DNA of 63,130 nucleotides, filler included, from Octopus bimaculoides (Eukaryota), in the NCBI RefSeq assembly GCF_001194135.2. It is 5 parts of 5 records of this genome, joined end to end, with 100 filler letters (N's around TTAATTAATTAA, not from the genome) between each part and the next. Parts side by side here need not be neighbours in the genome. Positions count along the whole stretch, not along the records: positions 1 to 28,288 come from NC_068995.1; 4 more parts are not named here. One strand, written 5' to 3'. The notes under the pieces are model-generated. The model ran no database searches, was not told the origin of the DNA, and was given only the letters and a program-made list of their open reading frames with translations. Below are positions 13,631 to 26,553 of this stretch, in pieces (position 1 is the stretch's first letter; every line of letters begins with the position of its first letter). The position numbers and the translations under genes are program-made.

Positions 13631-14886
13631 CATCTTAAGGTCTAGAGCGGACTAAATCTTATAGATCTCCAAATACCAAAATTTCAAACCTTGTGCTTAT
13701 AGTAAAACAATTTTTAGTAACCTAATCATTAGGTTTAGGAATCTTAGATGTGTATATGTATAAATAAACATCTATCTATCTATCTATCTATCTATATANN
13801 NNNNNNNNNNNNNNNNNNNNNNNNNNNNNNNNNNNNNNNNNNNNNNNNNNNNNNNNNNNNNNNNNNNNNNNNNNNNNNNNNNNNNNNNNNNNNNNNNNNN
13901 NNNNNNNNNNNNNNNNNNNNNNNNNNNNNNNNNNNNNNNNNNNNNNNNNNNNNNNNNNNNNNNNNNNNNNNNNNNNATATAGGGACGTTACAAAATAATC
14001 TGGCGCGTAAATTTGGAAGATGCATACATAAATCATACTTTAACTATCATGAAATTCCATGGTGATTAAAGAAAACGATTAAATTTTAACCTACATGCTA
14101 TATGATGGATTATATCGCCGTGAACGACAAATTGTTCTTCTGTAAAAAAAATAGCGGTTATCATGTTCTATGGACAGGAATGTGCCTGTCGAGACCTGCT
14201 GGTGCCTTGTAAACCTTTTGTAAAAAGGGAACAACTTGGGGACTCAGTTTGATTGAGTGTTTTTGGATTGTTTACTATCTGTTTTCTTGAGTGGACAACA
14301 AGGCCTGCAACTACAATGACACGTAAGGTTTCCATTTAGAGGAGCAGCGTTTTGTTACATAGGTGCAGAGATTAAAAGGAAGTAAAATGAAATTGAGAAG
14401 ATTGAAACATATACTTTATACATAGTAATATATTTCGAGTGTTGTACGACAAAGCAGCAAAGCATTCACAGTAAACTGTTAATCTGAGTTGCACATTTCC
14501 GTTCCTCGGACAGTTATAATCACAACTGGAATAAAATTCTGATGGTACCCGGAATACATTATTTGATATAATTCGATTTAACGAATAAACATTTGAATAT
14601 GATTGGGTAACTTATTTTCAAAATATAAAGTGTTGATTTCGCTAACGGCTGGGCGGTTTGTAGGTGTAAATAATTAATAATTAATAGAGGCGTAAGTTTG
14701 TTTCTTTAATTAAAAAAAAAAGAACATGGATTAAAGAGGATCCTACGTTGAAAAATTCAGTAAAGATTTTATGGTATATACACACATAAAATCATATGAA
14801 TGACAATATACATACATGCATATACGCACGTATACACACATATATATAAATAAACGCATACTTATAAACATAAGTACACACATACA

Positions 14887-14917
<31 letters not shown>

Positions 14918-16324
14918 CACNNNNNNNNNNNNNNNNNNNNNNNNNNNNNNNNNNNNNNNNNNNNNNNNNNNNNNNNNNNNNNNNNNNNNNNNNNNNNNNN
15001 NNNNNNNNNNNNNNNNNNNNNNNNNNNNNNNNNNNNNNNNNNNNNNNNNNNNNNNNNNNNNNNNNNNNNNNNNNNNNNNNNNNNNNNNNNNNNNNNNNNN
15101 NNNNNNNNNNNNNNNNNNNNNNNNNNNNNNNNNNNNNNNNNNNNNNNNNNNNNNNNNNNNNNNNNNNNNNNNNNNNNNNNNNNNNNNNNNNNNNNNNNNN
15201 NNNNNNNNNNNNNNNNNNNNNNNNNNNNNNNNNNNNNNNNNNNNNNNNNNNNNNNNNNNNNNNNNNNNNNNNNNNNNNNNNNNNNNNNNNNNNNNNNNNN
15301 NNNNNNNNNNNNNNNNNNNNNNNNNNNNNNNNNNNNNNNNNNNNNNNNNNNNNNNNNNNNNNNNNNNNNNNNNNNNNNNNNNNNNNNNNNNNNNNNNNNN
15401 NNNNNNNNNNNNNNNNNNNNNNNNNNNNNNNNNNNNNNNNNNNNNNNNNNNNNNNNNNNNNNNNNNNNNNNNNNNNNNNNNNNNNNNNNNNNNNNNNNNN
15501 NNNNNNNNNNNNNNNNNNNNNNNNNNNNNNNNNNNNNNNNNNNNNNNNNNNNNNNNNNNNNNNNNNNNNNNNNNNNNNNNNNNNNNNNNNNNNNNNNNNN
15601 NNNNNNNNNNNNNNNNNNNNNNNNNNNNNNNNNNNNNNNNNNNNNNNNNNNNNNNNNNNNNNNNNNNNNNNNNNNNNNNNNNNNNNNNNNNNNNNNNNNN
15701 NNNNNNNNNNNNNNNNNNNNNNNNNNNNNNNNNNNNNNNNNNTATATATAGATATATATATATATAAACCAATTTTCTACCTGTGTTACTATAAAAATTT
15801 TGTGTGTATATTTATCTTTATTTCTATCTGCCTGTCTATCCATATATGTGTCTCCGTTTTATCTCTATAGGAGTGGTTGCACGTGATGATGTATATAAAG
15901 CATTTTATATATATTAACAGAGAATTTCAATGAATAATGACAAGAAATTTTCTTCTCAGTCATATGAGCACCAGGTCAATTAATGTCCAGAATTGAAGGC
16001 AAATTTCTTTTGTGATATACTCAGTTTGACACAAGCATTATCCAGGAAATTATTTAGACGTGATCTGTACATAAGATTCGGAAAGGATTGTATTGCTATG
16101 TGTAATTCAAAGGTCCCTCCTTGTGACATATTTGGTCGCCTTGGTTCTACCCGAGGCTAAAGAGGAACGCATATTGCATGCTCTGTCACATGTTCGTTAA
16201 TTCAATGGACAGGTGTTCAGCTGAGCGAATAAATAAAAACTCGTTACCGATTGTCCAAAGTGACGAAAATTTATTGTATCTATCTATCTATCTATCTATC
16301 TATCAATCTATCTATCTATTTCTA

Positions 16325-16403
<79 letters not shown>

Positions 16404-16525
16404 GTATATGTTGTATATATATTATATATATATATATGCAAGTATATGTGTTTGTGTGTCTGTATCTTGTGGGGTTATGTATATATGTATATGTATATAT
16501 ATATACACACACACCCTCACACACG

Positions 16526-16576
<51 letters not shown>

Positions 16577-17220
16577 GCACATACATATACATGCTCCAGC
16601 ATAGCCTCAGTCGTAGGGCTGAAGCACGTGACAGAATTAAAGAATATATATAATATATATAAATAAATATATATGTGTGTCAGTGTGTGTGTGTGTGTGT
16701 GTGTTTGTGTGTGTATGCGTGGATGTCTTGATGGTAATGAAGGCGTGTGTACCTTTTCACGTCTATTGCTGCAAAGTAGACTTGCTTGGCAAGGCTATTT
16801 ACATCCATGATGCTTTAAACGTTTAAATTTCAAACTAACTATTGCTGTGTTTATGAGAAAATGCGATAAATTTAATTTCAGATCCTAATTATTTATGCAC
16901 GAAGTTTGGTGGAAATATGAAAATTAAAATGCTGTCCTCAGCTAGGTTTAGAAGTTATTTAATTAGCCTTTGGCAATTGTTACATTCATGAAAATAATTA
17001 AAGTACATATTTTATGTCTGAGCAATCCGAATTCTTATTAACTTTTCTACATCTCTTCATTGCTAACTCGATTTTGATTAATTATTATATCATTTTCGTA
17101 ATTTCATCATCTCGTTTTCTGACGCAATGTCAAGAGGTCGCAGGTCAGTTGCCAATGGCAAAGGAAATCGTTCCTTTTTTATATTTTCATTTCAGCACGT
17201 TTAATATATAACAGTTTTGT

Positions 17221-17284
<64 letters not shown>

Positions 17285-18215
17285 GTGTGTGTGTGTGTGT
17301 GTGTGTACATATATGTCTATATCTTATATATGATAATATATATACACACAGACACACATATACATATATACGTGTGTGTTTCTGTCTGTCTGTCTGTGTG
17401 TATCTAAGTATATATATATGTATNNNNNNNNNNNNNNNNNNNNNNNNNNNNNNNNNNNNNNNNNNNNNNNNNNNNNNNNNNNNNNNNNNNNNNNNNNNNN
17501 NNNNNNNNNNNNNNNNNNNNNNNNNNNNNNNNNNNNNNNNNNNNNNNNNNNNNNNNNNNNNNNNNNNNNNNNNNNNNNNNNNNNNNNNNNNNNNNNNNNN
17601 NNNNNNNNNNNNNNNNNNNNNNNNNNNNNNNNNNNNNNNNNNNNNNNNNNNNNNNNNNNNNNNNNNNNNNNNNNNNNNNNNNNNNNNNNATATATATATA
17701 TATATACACATAAATACATAGATTGCGGCGCGTGTGTGTGTATATGTGTCTGTGTATGTATGTATCTTCATATAGATGTACGCATACCCAACTATTGGTA
17801 AATTCTACATAAAGGTTTACAAAAGAAAAATATCGAATATATCAAAGAGTTTCGCAATAAAGGACCTAAGTGTTATAACCCTGCAAAACGTAGTCTGTAC
17901 ATTGTTGAGATTTTGATGATTTTAATAATATAATCCTGAAAATGCTTTGATTTCAGATAATCAAAGTACAAGCATAAAATTTGCAGTTAGCTCCAGTTGA
18001 CCTAGCCATTTTGACAACAGAAGACCTTCTAATTAAATAGAATCGTTCTTGGATTAGAAAGAGATAACGTTCGTCTGAACTTTGAACTATGCGAGACATA
18101 ACATGAATTGGTGGGCGAGAACCATTGAATCATCTAAGAATGTTAAACTCACATAGACACAGCTCTATAGAGTTGCACTTTTAATATTCCTCAAATATAA
18201 TCATAAATACATAGG

Positions 18216-18249
<34 letters not shown>

Positions 18250-18949
18250 ACGCATATAAGTACACATATAAGTGTGTACAAAAATATGCATACTCGTCAT
18301 GCCTAGACAATCACAAACATCAACATCAAATAATTAATCGACGCAATGCACATGATAATAAAAGTTAATATGGTAAATTTCATTTCTGAAGATATGCTGC
18401 ATGAAATTTCATTTAGAAATGGGATTGTTTTTCAAAATTAAGTCAGAATGTTATCTTTGGAATTCAAAGCTAACAATTATATCAAACTATATCAAGAAAT
18501 TTTATATTCTGTTCTTGAATTCTTCTTTTAATTGATTCAGTCATTGAAATGCGCCCTCATGGGTGAAGTACTTTACAATGAATTTGTTGTCTATATCGGA
18601 CGGTGTAGATATTTCTGTCTGGCAAATATTTTATCTACATCTTTTAATGAATTTCAAATTTATATCTTCAGATATAGTGACATGAATTGGGACACACATT
18701 TCTGCCATTGTAACTACCTAGTTGTAGAAACATATGTACAAACATACATAAAGAAATGTAACTGTCATTTTGATGCCGCTTTTCCAATGCCCAGTAATCA
18801 CAGAGAAAATTTTGTTAGTGTGTAGCCTAGTATTTGTGACAACATCGTGGGTCCTAGTCCATGTTTAGATAATATCAAATTTGCTTTTCTTGTCATGCGT
18901 TAAATGTGAATATATGTCATAAAAGTATATTACAGTATTTGTGTCAGCG

Positions 18950-19420
18950 CAAGGTGGCGAGCTGGCAGAACCGTTAGTATGCATAGTAGCATTTTGTCTT
19001 GTTTTATCTTCTGAGTTCAAATTCCGCCGAAGTCGACTTTACCATTCACCCTCTTGGTGTTGATAAAATAAGTACCAGCCACACACTCGTACCAATGTAA
19101 TCGACTTCCACTTCCTCCGAAATTGCTGGCCTCGAGCCAAAATTTGTAGAAACATCTCATGAGGAATGTTTTCTAAGTGCTTCTATATACTTTTTCGAAA
19201 CCAATATCTGTATGAGCAGACGGCGGTCAGCTAGCAGAATATTTTACCAGGCCGGTACAATGATTAGCAGCATTTCATTCATATTTACCTTCAGCATCCA
19301 AATTAAACCGAGGTCGACTTGTCACACACCTCATGGGGTCGAAAAAATAACTACAAGTCGTACACTGGGACCGACGTAATCGACTTGCTCCTCTCCTAAA
19401 ATTGCTGGCCTTGTGTATAA
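18950..19420 (+). mobile_element. Two tandem SINE family A copies (about 18950-19150 and 19220-19420)
   Basis: ggtggcgagctggcagaaccgttag...gagttcaaattccgccgaagtcgacttt...aaattgctggcct, repeated in the second copy. Confidence 0.8.
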
Positions 19421-19502
19421 CCTCCCATAGAGAATGATTTCTATGTTCGTCAGTATACTTTTAACACTGTGTATATTTTATATATAGCTTCTATTGGTTT
19501 TA

Positions 19503-19655
19503 AATTTTGGCACAAGGCCAGCATGTACATCGACTATAGTGTCCAACTACTACTTATCTTATCGACCTCAAAAGAGATGAAGGATAAAATCGACGTCGGC
19601 GAAATGTCACTAAGCATTTTACCCGCCGTGCTAACTATTTAGCCCGCTTGCCGCC
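19503..19655 (-). mobile_element. SINE-like repeat family A, degenerate
   Basis: ttttggcacaaggccagca...atcgacctcaaaagagatgaagg...cactaagcatttt...cttgccgcc. Confidence 0.7.
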
Positions 19656-20127
19656 ATATATATATATATATATGTTATATATTACAAAGCGAAAAACCGC
19701 AATAAAATTTGAATAAAGGATTACATTGTATATATACCTATAATTCTTCATGTATCTCGGAAGGTCATAGGATTTATGAAAAAACGTTAAATCATACGGG
19801 TGAACAAAACAAGCGGGTAAAAGAGCAAGCATTCGAAAATTCAAAATTGCTAGATTCGAAGATCATTGGGCTTAAGAAAATATAGTCAGGTTCAAAAACA
19901 CCAAAAATATTGTAGAACATACTTCGGCTGACGTAAGCAAACGCTTAGATAGAGTTAATTTAATTCACGAATACTATGTAAGGCACGCACTTACACACAG
20001 ATACACAAAGAGATACACGCAAATATACACACGAATTACATAAGTTTTAACCGAATTCCGATAATTTACGTTGGAGACTATACACGATACCATTTACATG
20101 TTTGTGTGCGTGTGTGTACGCGTATAC

Positions 20128-20179
<52 letters not shown>

Positions 20180-21929
20180 GGACACACATTCATATATACG
20201 CTCACATACATGTATATAGACACATACATACATATGTACATTACATACTTAGAGGCGTACATTCATATAGGAACGTGTTCGTTTTCAATGAAACATTACT
20301 CAGTTCTTTGGAATTGCGCTTATGCGGTTGAGAAAAATATAACGTTTTATGGTCCTTCCCTGTCCTCAGTCACGCATAAGATATCTGAAATTCCATGCTC
20401 ATTATTACTGACATGGAAGAGTAGGTACATGCTGAATTACAAACGCGAAATCTGTATATTGCAGAGAATGTCAACGTAATCGTATTCTCTATATTCCGAA
20501 ATTACCTATGCTATTTGCTGGAAGGCTTATATTCTAATGCAACGATGCAATCTCCCTGAACTCATTTCTGTAGATATGAATATATGCGCGTGTGCGTTTG
20601 TGTAAAATAATATATATATATATATATATATANNNNNNNNNNNNNNNNNNNNNNNNNNNNNNNNNNNNNNNNNNNNNNNNNNNNNNNNNNNNNNNNNNNN
20701 NNNNNNNNNNNNNNNNNNNNNNNNNNNNNNNNNNNNNNNNNNNNNNNNNNNNNNNNNNNNNNNNNNNNNNNNNNNNNNNNNNNNNNNNNNNNNNNNNNNN
20801 NNNNNNNNNNNNNNNNNNNNNNNNNNNNNNNNNNNNNNNNNNNNNNNNNNNNNNNNNNNNNNNNNNNNNNNNNNNNNNNNNNNNNNNNNNNNNNNNNNNN
20901 NNNNNNNNNNNNNNNNNNNNNNNNNNNNNNNNNNNNNNNNNNNNNNNNNNNNNNNNNNNNNNNNNNNNNNNNNNNNNNNNNNNNNNNNNNNNNNNNNNNN
21001 NNNNNNNNNNNNNNNNNNNNNNNNNNNNNNNNNNNNNNNNNNNNNNNNNNNNNNNNNNNNNNNNNNNNNNNNNNNNNNNNNNNNNNNNNNNNNNNNNNNN
21101 NNNNNNNNNNNNNNNNNNNNNNNNNNNNNNNNNNNNNNNNNNNNNNNNNNNNNNNNNNNNNNNNNNNNNNNNNNNNNNNNNNNNTATATATATATATATA
21201 TATATATATGGAGATAAATCGTAACTCGTGTCTCCGTATACTTGTACGTAGATAAAGCTTGAGATACACAAATGCACGCACATCTAATTCAAATCTAATA
21301 TATTTAATATGCAATAAAATTTATAATAACGCTATGAACCTTAATCCTAAGGCAAAACATAAAATGCTTCCATAGACTTGATCTAGAAGTAAAATTTCAG
21401 GGATTTTGCTAGTTATTTCTTGCATGTTATGACATCAAATCAAACTGATACGACGAAATAAAAATGCATTCGTATATTGTATAATGTGCCTTTATTGTAT
21501 GCTATTAGTAAAAGGATATCACGGGACAAAATCAATTTTATTATATGCAAAAATACTTATGGACGACTTTTCCCTCTTTATGATATAGAAATTCCAAGTT
21601 TCTTAAACACTTTAACATTCGCCTCTTTATGAATATCATCTTCTCTGTCGTCATTGCTAAGTAATCGTCATCATCATCGTTGCCTTGCAGTTAGTCAACA
21701 TAATCGTTTCCGTTATGCTTAGATCAATGAATCTGGAGGTCTAACGAGGAAGCATTTGCGAATTTTTTTGGCTTTTAAAAGGGACATGTTTGAAAATGTG
21801 ATGTGAAATGCATTACATTTGATTGCAAGAGAAACATAAATAAATAAACACTCGGGATTTTCCATGCTTGAATATCTTTTGTTGGTGCCATTTTCTTGAA
21901 AGTGGACCAATACTAACATTAATGATTTC

Positions 21930-22105
21930 CAATTTTGACACAGGACAGCAGTTTTGCAGGGAGGTGATAAGTGGATTGCATCATACTCAGTGGTACTTTC
22001 TCGATCCGGAAAGGATGAGAGGCAACGTCGACCCCGGCGGAATTTTAACTCAGAAAATAAAGACGAGCGAAATATCTTTAAGTATATTGCCCGGCCTGGT
22101 AGCGA
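21930..22105 (-). mobile_element. SINE-like repeat family A
   Basis: gatccggaaaggatgagaggcaacgtcgaccccggcggaattttaactcagaa. Confidence 0.75.
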
Positions 22106-22526
22106 TCCTTCCAAACAGTAAATATTGTCCTGATGTTCTTATTTCAAAACAAAATATAAAGCTCTTTTCTGCAGACACTACATCAGTATCATTGCTGACC
22201 CAACAATTTACATATATAATACTCTTGGAAATGATTTTACATTTACTTACACCTATCTATGAATCGGTGTATGGAATTTGTGCATCGAAAAACGTTTACT
22301 TACACATACACACACATATACAAACATCTACATGCATTCATACAAACGCGCAAATCTGTTTTATCTTTTACTTATTTCCGTCATTCGACCGTGGCCATAC
22401 TGGATACATACGGGTATTTATATTCATTTTAAACATGGTATTTATTCTATCGGTCACATGCCGAATCACTATATCGGTCTCTTGCAGTACCGCTGGATCA
22501 GCGATGCACGCTCCCGTCCCCCGCCA

Positions 22527-22598
<72 letters not shown>

Positions 22599-22617
22599 CA
22601 TCTATCTATCTATCTAT
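22527..22617. repeat. (TATC)n microsatellite, an example of dozens of (AT)n, (GT)n, (AG)n, (TACA)n and (AAT)n arrays, many abutting N-gaps
   Basis: Direct reading of the sequence. Confidence 0.95.
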
Positions 22618-22765
22618 TTATATACAATTAAAAGGGTAAAGGTTTATCAATTTATTAATTTATTAATAAATTAACAATTAATAATTTTTACCAAGCCCTT
22701 CGGTATGTAAACACCATTATCGGTGGAGAACTTATTTAAAAGTTCTTATACATTTATAAACATAA

Positions 22766-22824
22766 TCCAGGAATTACTACTGGATCCGTATAAACTTTAA
22801 CCGATCTGTGATATAAGCAAAACA
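22766..22824. repeat. 59-bp exact direct duplicate of 24356-24414
   Basis: tccaggaattactactggatccgtataaactttaaccgatctgtgatataagcaaaaca is present at both sites. Confidence 0.95.
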
Positions 22825-22951
22825 GTTGCTTCACCACATACCGAAGTTCAGAAATAGCAGCTAAAAAGCTGAGACAAGTAATGCCATCTGTTGGAGTCTC
22901 AGCTTTTTAGCTGCTATTTCTGAACTTCGGTATGTGGTGAAGCAACTGTTT
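22820..22951. repeat. Perfect inverted repeat with 56-bp arms and a 20-nt loop
   Basis: Arm 22820-22875 is the exact reverse complement of 22896-22951. Confidence 0.95.
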
Positions 22952-22969
22952 GCAGATCCCTTAATTATG

Positions 22970-23023
<54 letters not shown>

Positions 23024-24348
23024 CTCTGTAAGTTTGTTAGTGAGCCTGAAGTTATTGTTTTCATTTCTAATTCCATTGCAGAAATCGTTTGAAACCGCAT
23101 TGTTTAATTCCATTATTATTCATATTAGCACCTATGTTTCAATCAAAACCAAATGACCAAATTTTCAATAATTCTTCTGGAATATTAATAAGAAGGAGTA
23201 TTTTGCATTTGTGCTACTTCATGTATAGAAATCAGGTTGCACGAAATAGTACACCATAAGAAAACTTGAGGATTTTGTTATGAAATAAACTTAGGTAATA
23301 GTTCTCCATTACTTATTATTATTTAAGAGAGAACATAGAAATAAATCATGAGCATTTCCTATAAACTTACTTGGAAACCAATTAATACAATATACAGAAA
23401 CTTTATTCTTAAGACGCATCTAGTAGACCGTCCTAAACTCCACAAATATATTTTTTTAATCCAACAACTTAAGTAGTTTATTGGCAATAGAATTAATTGG
23501 GTACACAAATTAATTACAAGCCCCAGGCTACGATACATGAATATCAGTAAATGAGACCGTTGGCACGCTAATTGGCAAACGCCTCAGGTCAAAACAGGGA
23601 ATTACTATAGTTTCTGTGATTCTAGGAATAGGTTCTTCTTTGTACACACCAAAATACAGAAAAAAAAGACGGTAAAAAATTATATAAATTTTCAGATATA
23701 TGTAATTAAATATGATATGCATTTGTCATATTAAGTCCTTATAACTTCTCTCCAAGAGAATTTATTATTCAATTATAAAATAGCATGTTACATGTTTCAA
23801 ACATGTTATATATGGTACTGGTAGTTAGATAAATGATTCATTTCCTGATGTAAAAATGCATCAATAATGGATAGTATTATATGAAAAACACTTTATAAAC
23901 TCGACGTGAATATCAAGATAAAGATCGTAGAAGTAACGATTTATGTAACAACATTAATGATATAATGATATAATGTATATCAATTATATATTTTTCACCA
24001 TACTGTATATCAAGAATGTAAAATATTGTCTAATCTCTTTTAAATTACATCGGTTTTAACATTATCATCATCACCAACCATATTTTGTTGATATTGCTGC
24101 TGCTGCTGTTCCCAGTAGCAGCAGCGGCGGCAAATTCAATGGCTTTATGAAAATTATTTGTGCTTTAGTGTGAGGAAGGATCTTCTTTTTACTTCTATCA
24201 CGATAAAGCATCATGTAAATTTTTGTTTCGTTGTTTCTTAATGTGTAACTCTCCACAAGTTTAGACAGCTACTGTTCCTAGTGCACTTCCTCAAATTGTA
24301 AGGATATTGTAATATTCTTCTTTCAGGAAATCCTTTTATGACGCTTAC

Positions 24349-24395
24349 CAAATATTCCAGGAATTACTACTGGATCCGTATAAACTTTAACCGAT
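24349..24395 (-). CDS. Candidate small exon (47 bp, phase 2-1)
   Basis: ttttgcttatatcacag|...ttg|gtaagcg. Only one frame is open: SVKVYTDPVVIPGIF. Confidence 0.3.
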
Positions 24396-24879
24396 CTGTG
24401 ATATAAGCAAAACATTTTCCAGAATTGCATGTTACTATTGCTGTTAATAATGTACTTTTCAGAAATATTAAGGTTTCGACATTAAGGTAAGGTGGCACAT
24501 TTTTGAAAAGTGGCATAATTGGTTCCACAAATTTCGAACCAGAAGCGAGTCACCACGTAGAATACCAATTATATAACTTGTCACACAACAAGCGACAACT
24601 AGTCAACCAGTATAATAAATAAACAACTCAGCTGCTAGAAAAAAAAACAAAAAAAAAACAGGTTTCCGTAGATAAACGCGAGTGAAGAATGGGATAACCT
24701 GACAAAAGTCTCAGGAATTATATAAACCTTATGAATCAAAGTTTGACTAGGGATACATTTCAGCGCGTAAACAAATTATACACAAATAGATGGTGGACTT
24801 TCTTTAAATGTAAAATAATAGGAACTACGTCAATACTACAAACAATAACAATAAGCATAAAAATAAAAAAGAACGTTGG

Positions 24880-25070
24880 TCAAAAACAGCAATTCTAGGA
24901 TGAGCGTGTCTAATCGATTACACCGACCCTAGTACTGCAATGGTACATTATTTTAGCGACCAAGTAGGGATAAAATTCAAAATTGACCTTGGCGGGTTTT
25001 GAAGTCAAAGAGTAAATAGCGAAAGAAACACAACAATGCATTTTCCCGGTAGACTAACGATTCTACTCAA
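24880..25070 (-). mobile_element. SINE-like repeat family A, degenerate
   Basis: aaaattgaccttggcgggttttgaagtcaaag...gcattttcccggtagactaacgattct. Confidence 0.65.
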
Positions 25071-25382
25071 TTACGGTGACTAAAGAGTCGTGTTATTTGT
25101 ATTAATAGGAGTAGAGTGCTCAGGGTGGTGGTCAACTCACATGGTTCCTTCACCATGCTGGCCTTGGGCCAAAATTTAAAATCGATATCAGTGAAGATTT
25201 TTAATTAATTACAACTTTTGAATGAAGATACCAGACATTTAATCGGATTCAATGCAACACCAAACTGAATAAATATGATGTAGAATGAGACCATATGGTA
25301 TGTGTCTTTGTTGCCATTCGTAAAGATTCTGTCAGCTCGTCAATCTAATAATAATAATAATAATAATAATATTAATGGTCTG

Positions 25383-25590
25383 AAATTTTGCCACAAGGGC
25401 AGCAATTTTCGAGGAGAGGATGAGTCAATTACATCTACCCCAGTACCCAACTGGTACTTATTTTATTGAGTTCGAAACGATGAAAGACAAAGTCGACATC
25501 GGTGGAATTTGAAGTCAGAACGTAGCGGCAAATGAAATACTGCTAAGCATCACGTTCAAGATGATAATGATTCTGTCAGTTCGCTGCATT
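25383..25590 (-). mobile_element. SINE-like repeat family A
   Basis: ttttgccacaagggcagcaatttt...ctggtacttatttt...aaagtcgacatcggtggaatttgaagtcagaacgta. Confidence 0.8.
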
Positions 25591-25593
25591 AGT

Positions 25594-25697
<104 letters not shown>

Positions 25698-25710
25698 TAA
25701 TAATAATAAT

Positions 25711-26275
25711 AAATCAATACCAGCAGACGACAACGTATTTCTAATTGATGCATCAATACCAGCAGATGACANNNNNNNNNNNNNNNNNNNNNNNNNNNNN
25801 NNNNNNNNNNNNNNNNNNNNNNNNNNNNNNNNNNNNNNNNNNNNNNNNNNNNNNNNNNNNNNNNNNNNNNNNNNNNNNNNNNNNNNNNNNNNNNNNNNNN
25901 NCCAGGAGATGACAATGTCTCTCAAAAAGAAATGGAAAAACTTTCAAAATACAAAGACCTGGAAATAGAGGTAACTCGAATGTGGAATCTAAAAACAGAA
26001 ACAATTCCTATCATAGTAGGTGCCTTAGGTATAATAAAAACATATTCAGACAAATACATAACAAAAACACCAGGACTTACAAATATATATAACATACAGA
26101 AAATTGTACTACTGGGCACTGCACACATCCTACGCAAAACACTTTCAATACAGTAACCATAAGAGCACCACAGCAAACCACAGCACATACCCAAGGCGCA
26201 CAGAGCTGCGATCGGTAGTGAAGTGAAAGCACGTTATAAAAATAAAACTACTGAACAATAATAATACTAATAATC
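25711..26275 (+). mobile_element. 5'-truncated REL-type LINE 3' end (R4/Dong-like)
   Basis: FLIDASIPADD, then after the gap MEKLSKYKDLEIEVTRMWNLKTETIPIIVGALG...IQKIVLLGTAHILRKTL*, a short 3' UTR and an (AAT)n tail. It is preceded by an (AAC)n(AAT)n array. Confidence 0.88.
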
Positions 26276-26289
26276 CTTTCTACTAAAGG

Positions 26290-26480
26290 CTCAAGGCCTA
26301 AAATTCACGGAGAGGTACTAGTCGATTATGTTGAACCCAGTGTTTCACTGGTACTTAATTTATCGACCCCGAAAGGATGAAAGGTAAAGTCAACCTTGGC
26401 GGAATTTGAACACAAAATGTAACGACAAAAGAAATGCCGCTACGCCCGGCGTGCTAACGATTGTGTCACCTCGTCGCCTA
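26290..26480 (-). mobile_element. SINE-like repeat family A
   Basis: ctggtacttaatttatcgaccccgaaaggatgaaaggtaaagtcaaccttggcggaatttgaac. Confidence 0.85.
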
Positions 26481-26503
26481 AATAATAATAATAATAATAA
26501 TAA

Positions 26504-26553
<50 letters not shown>

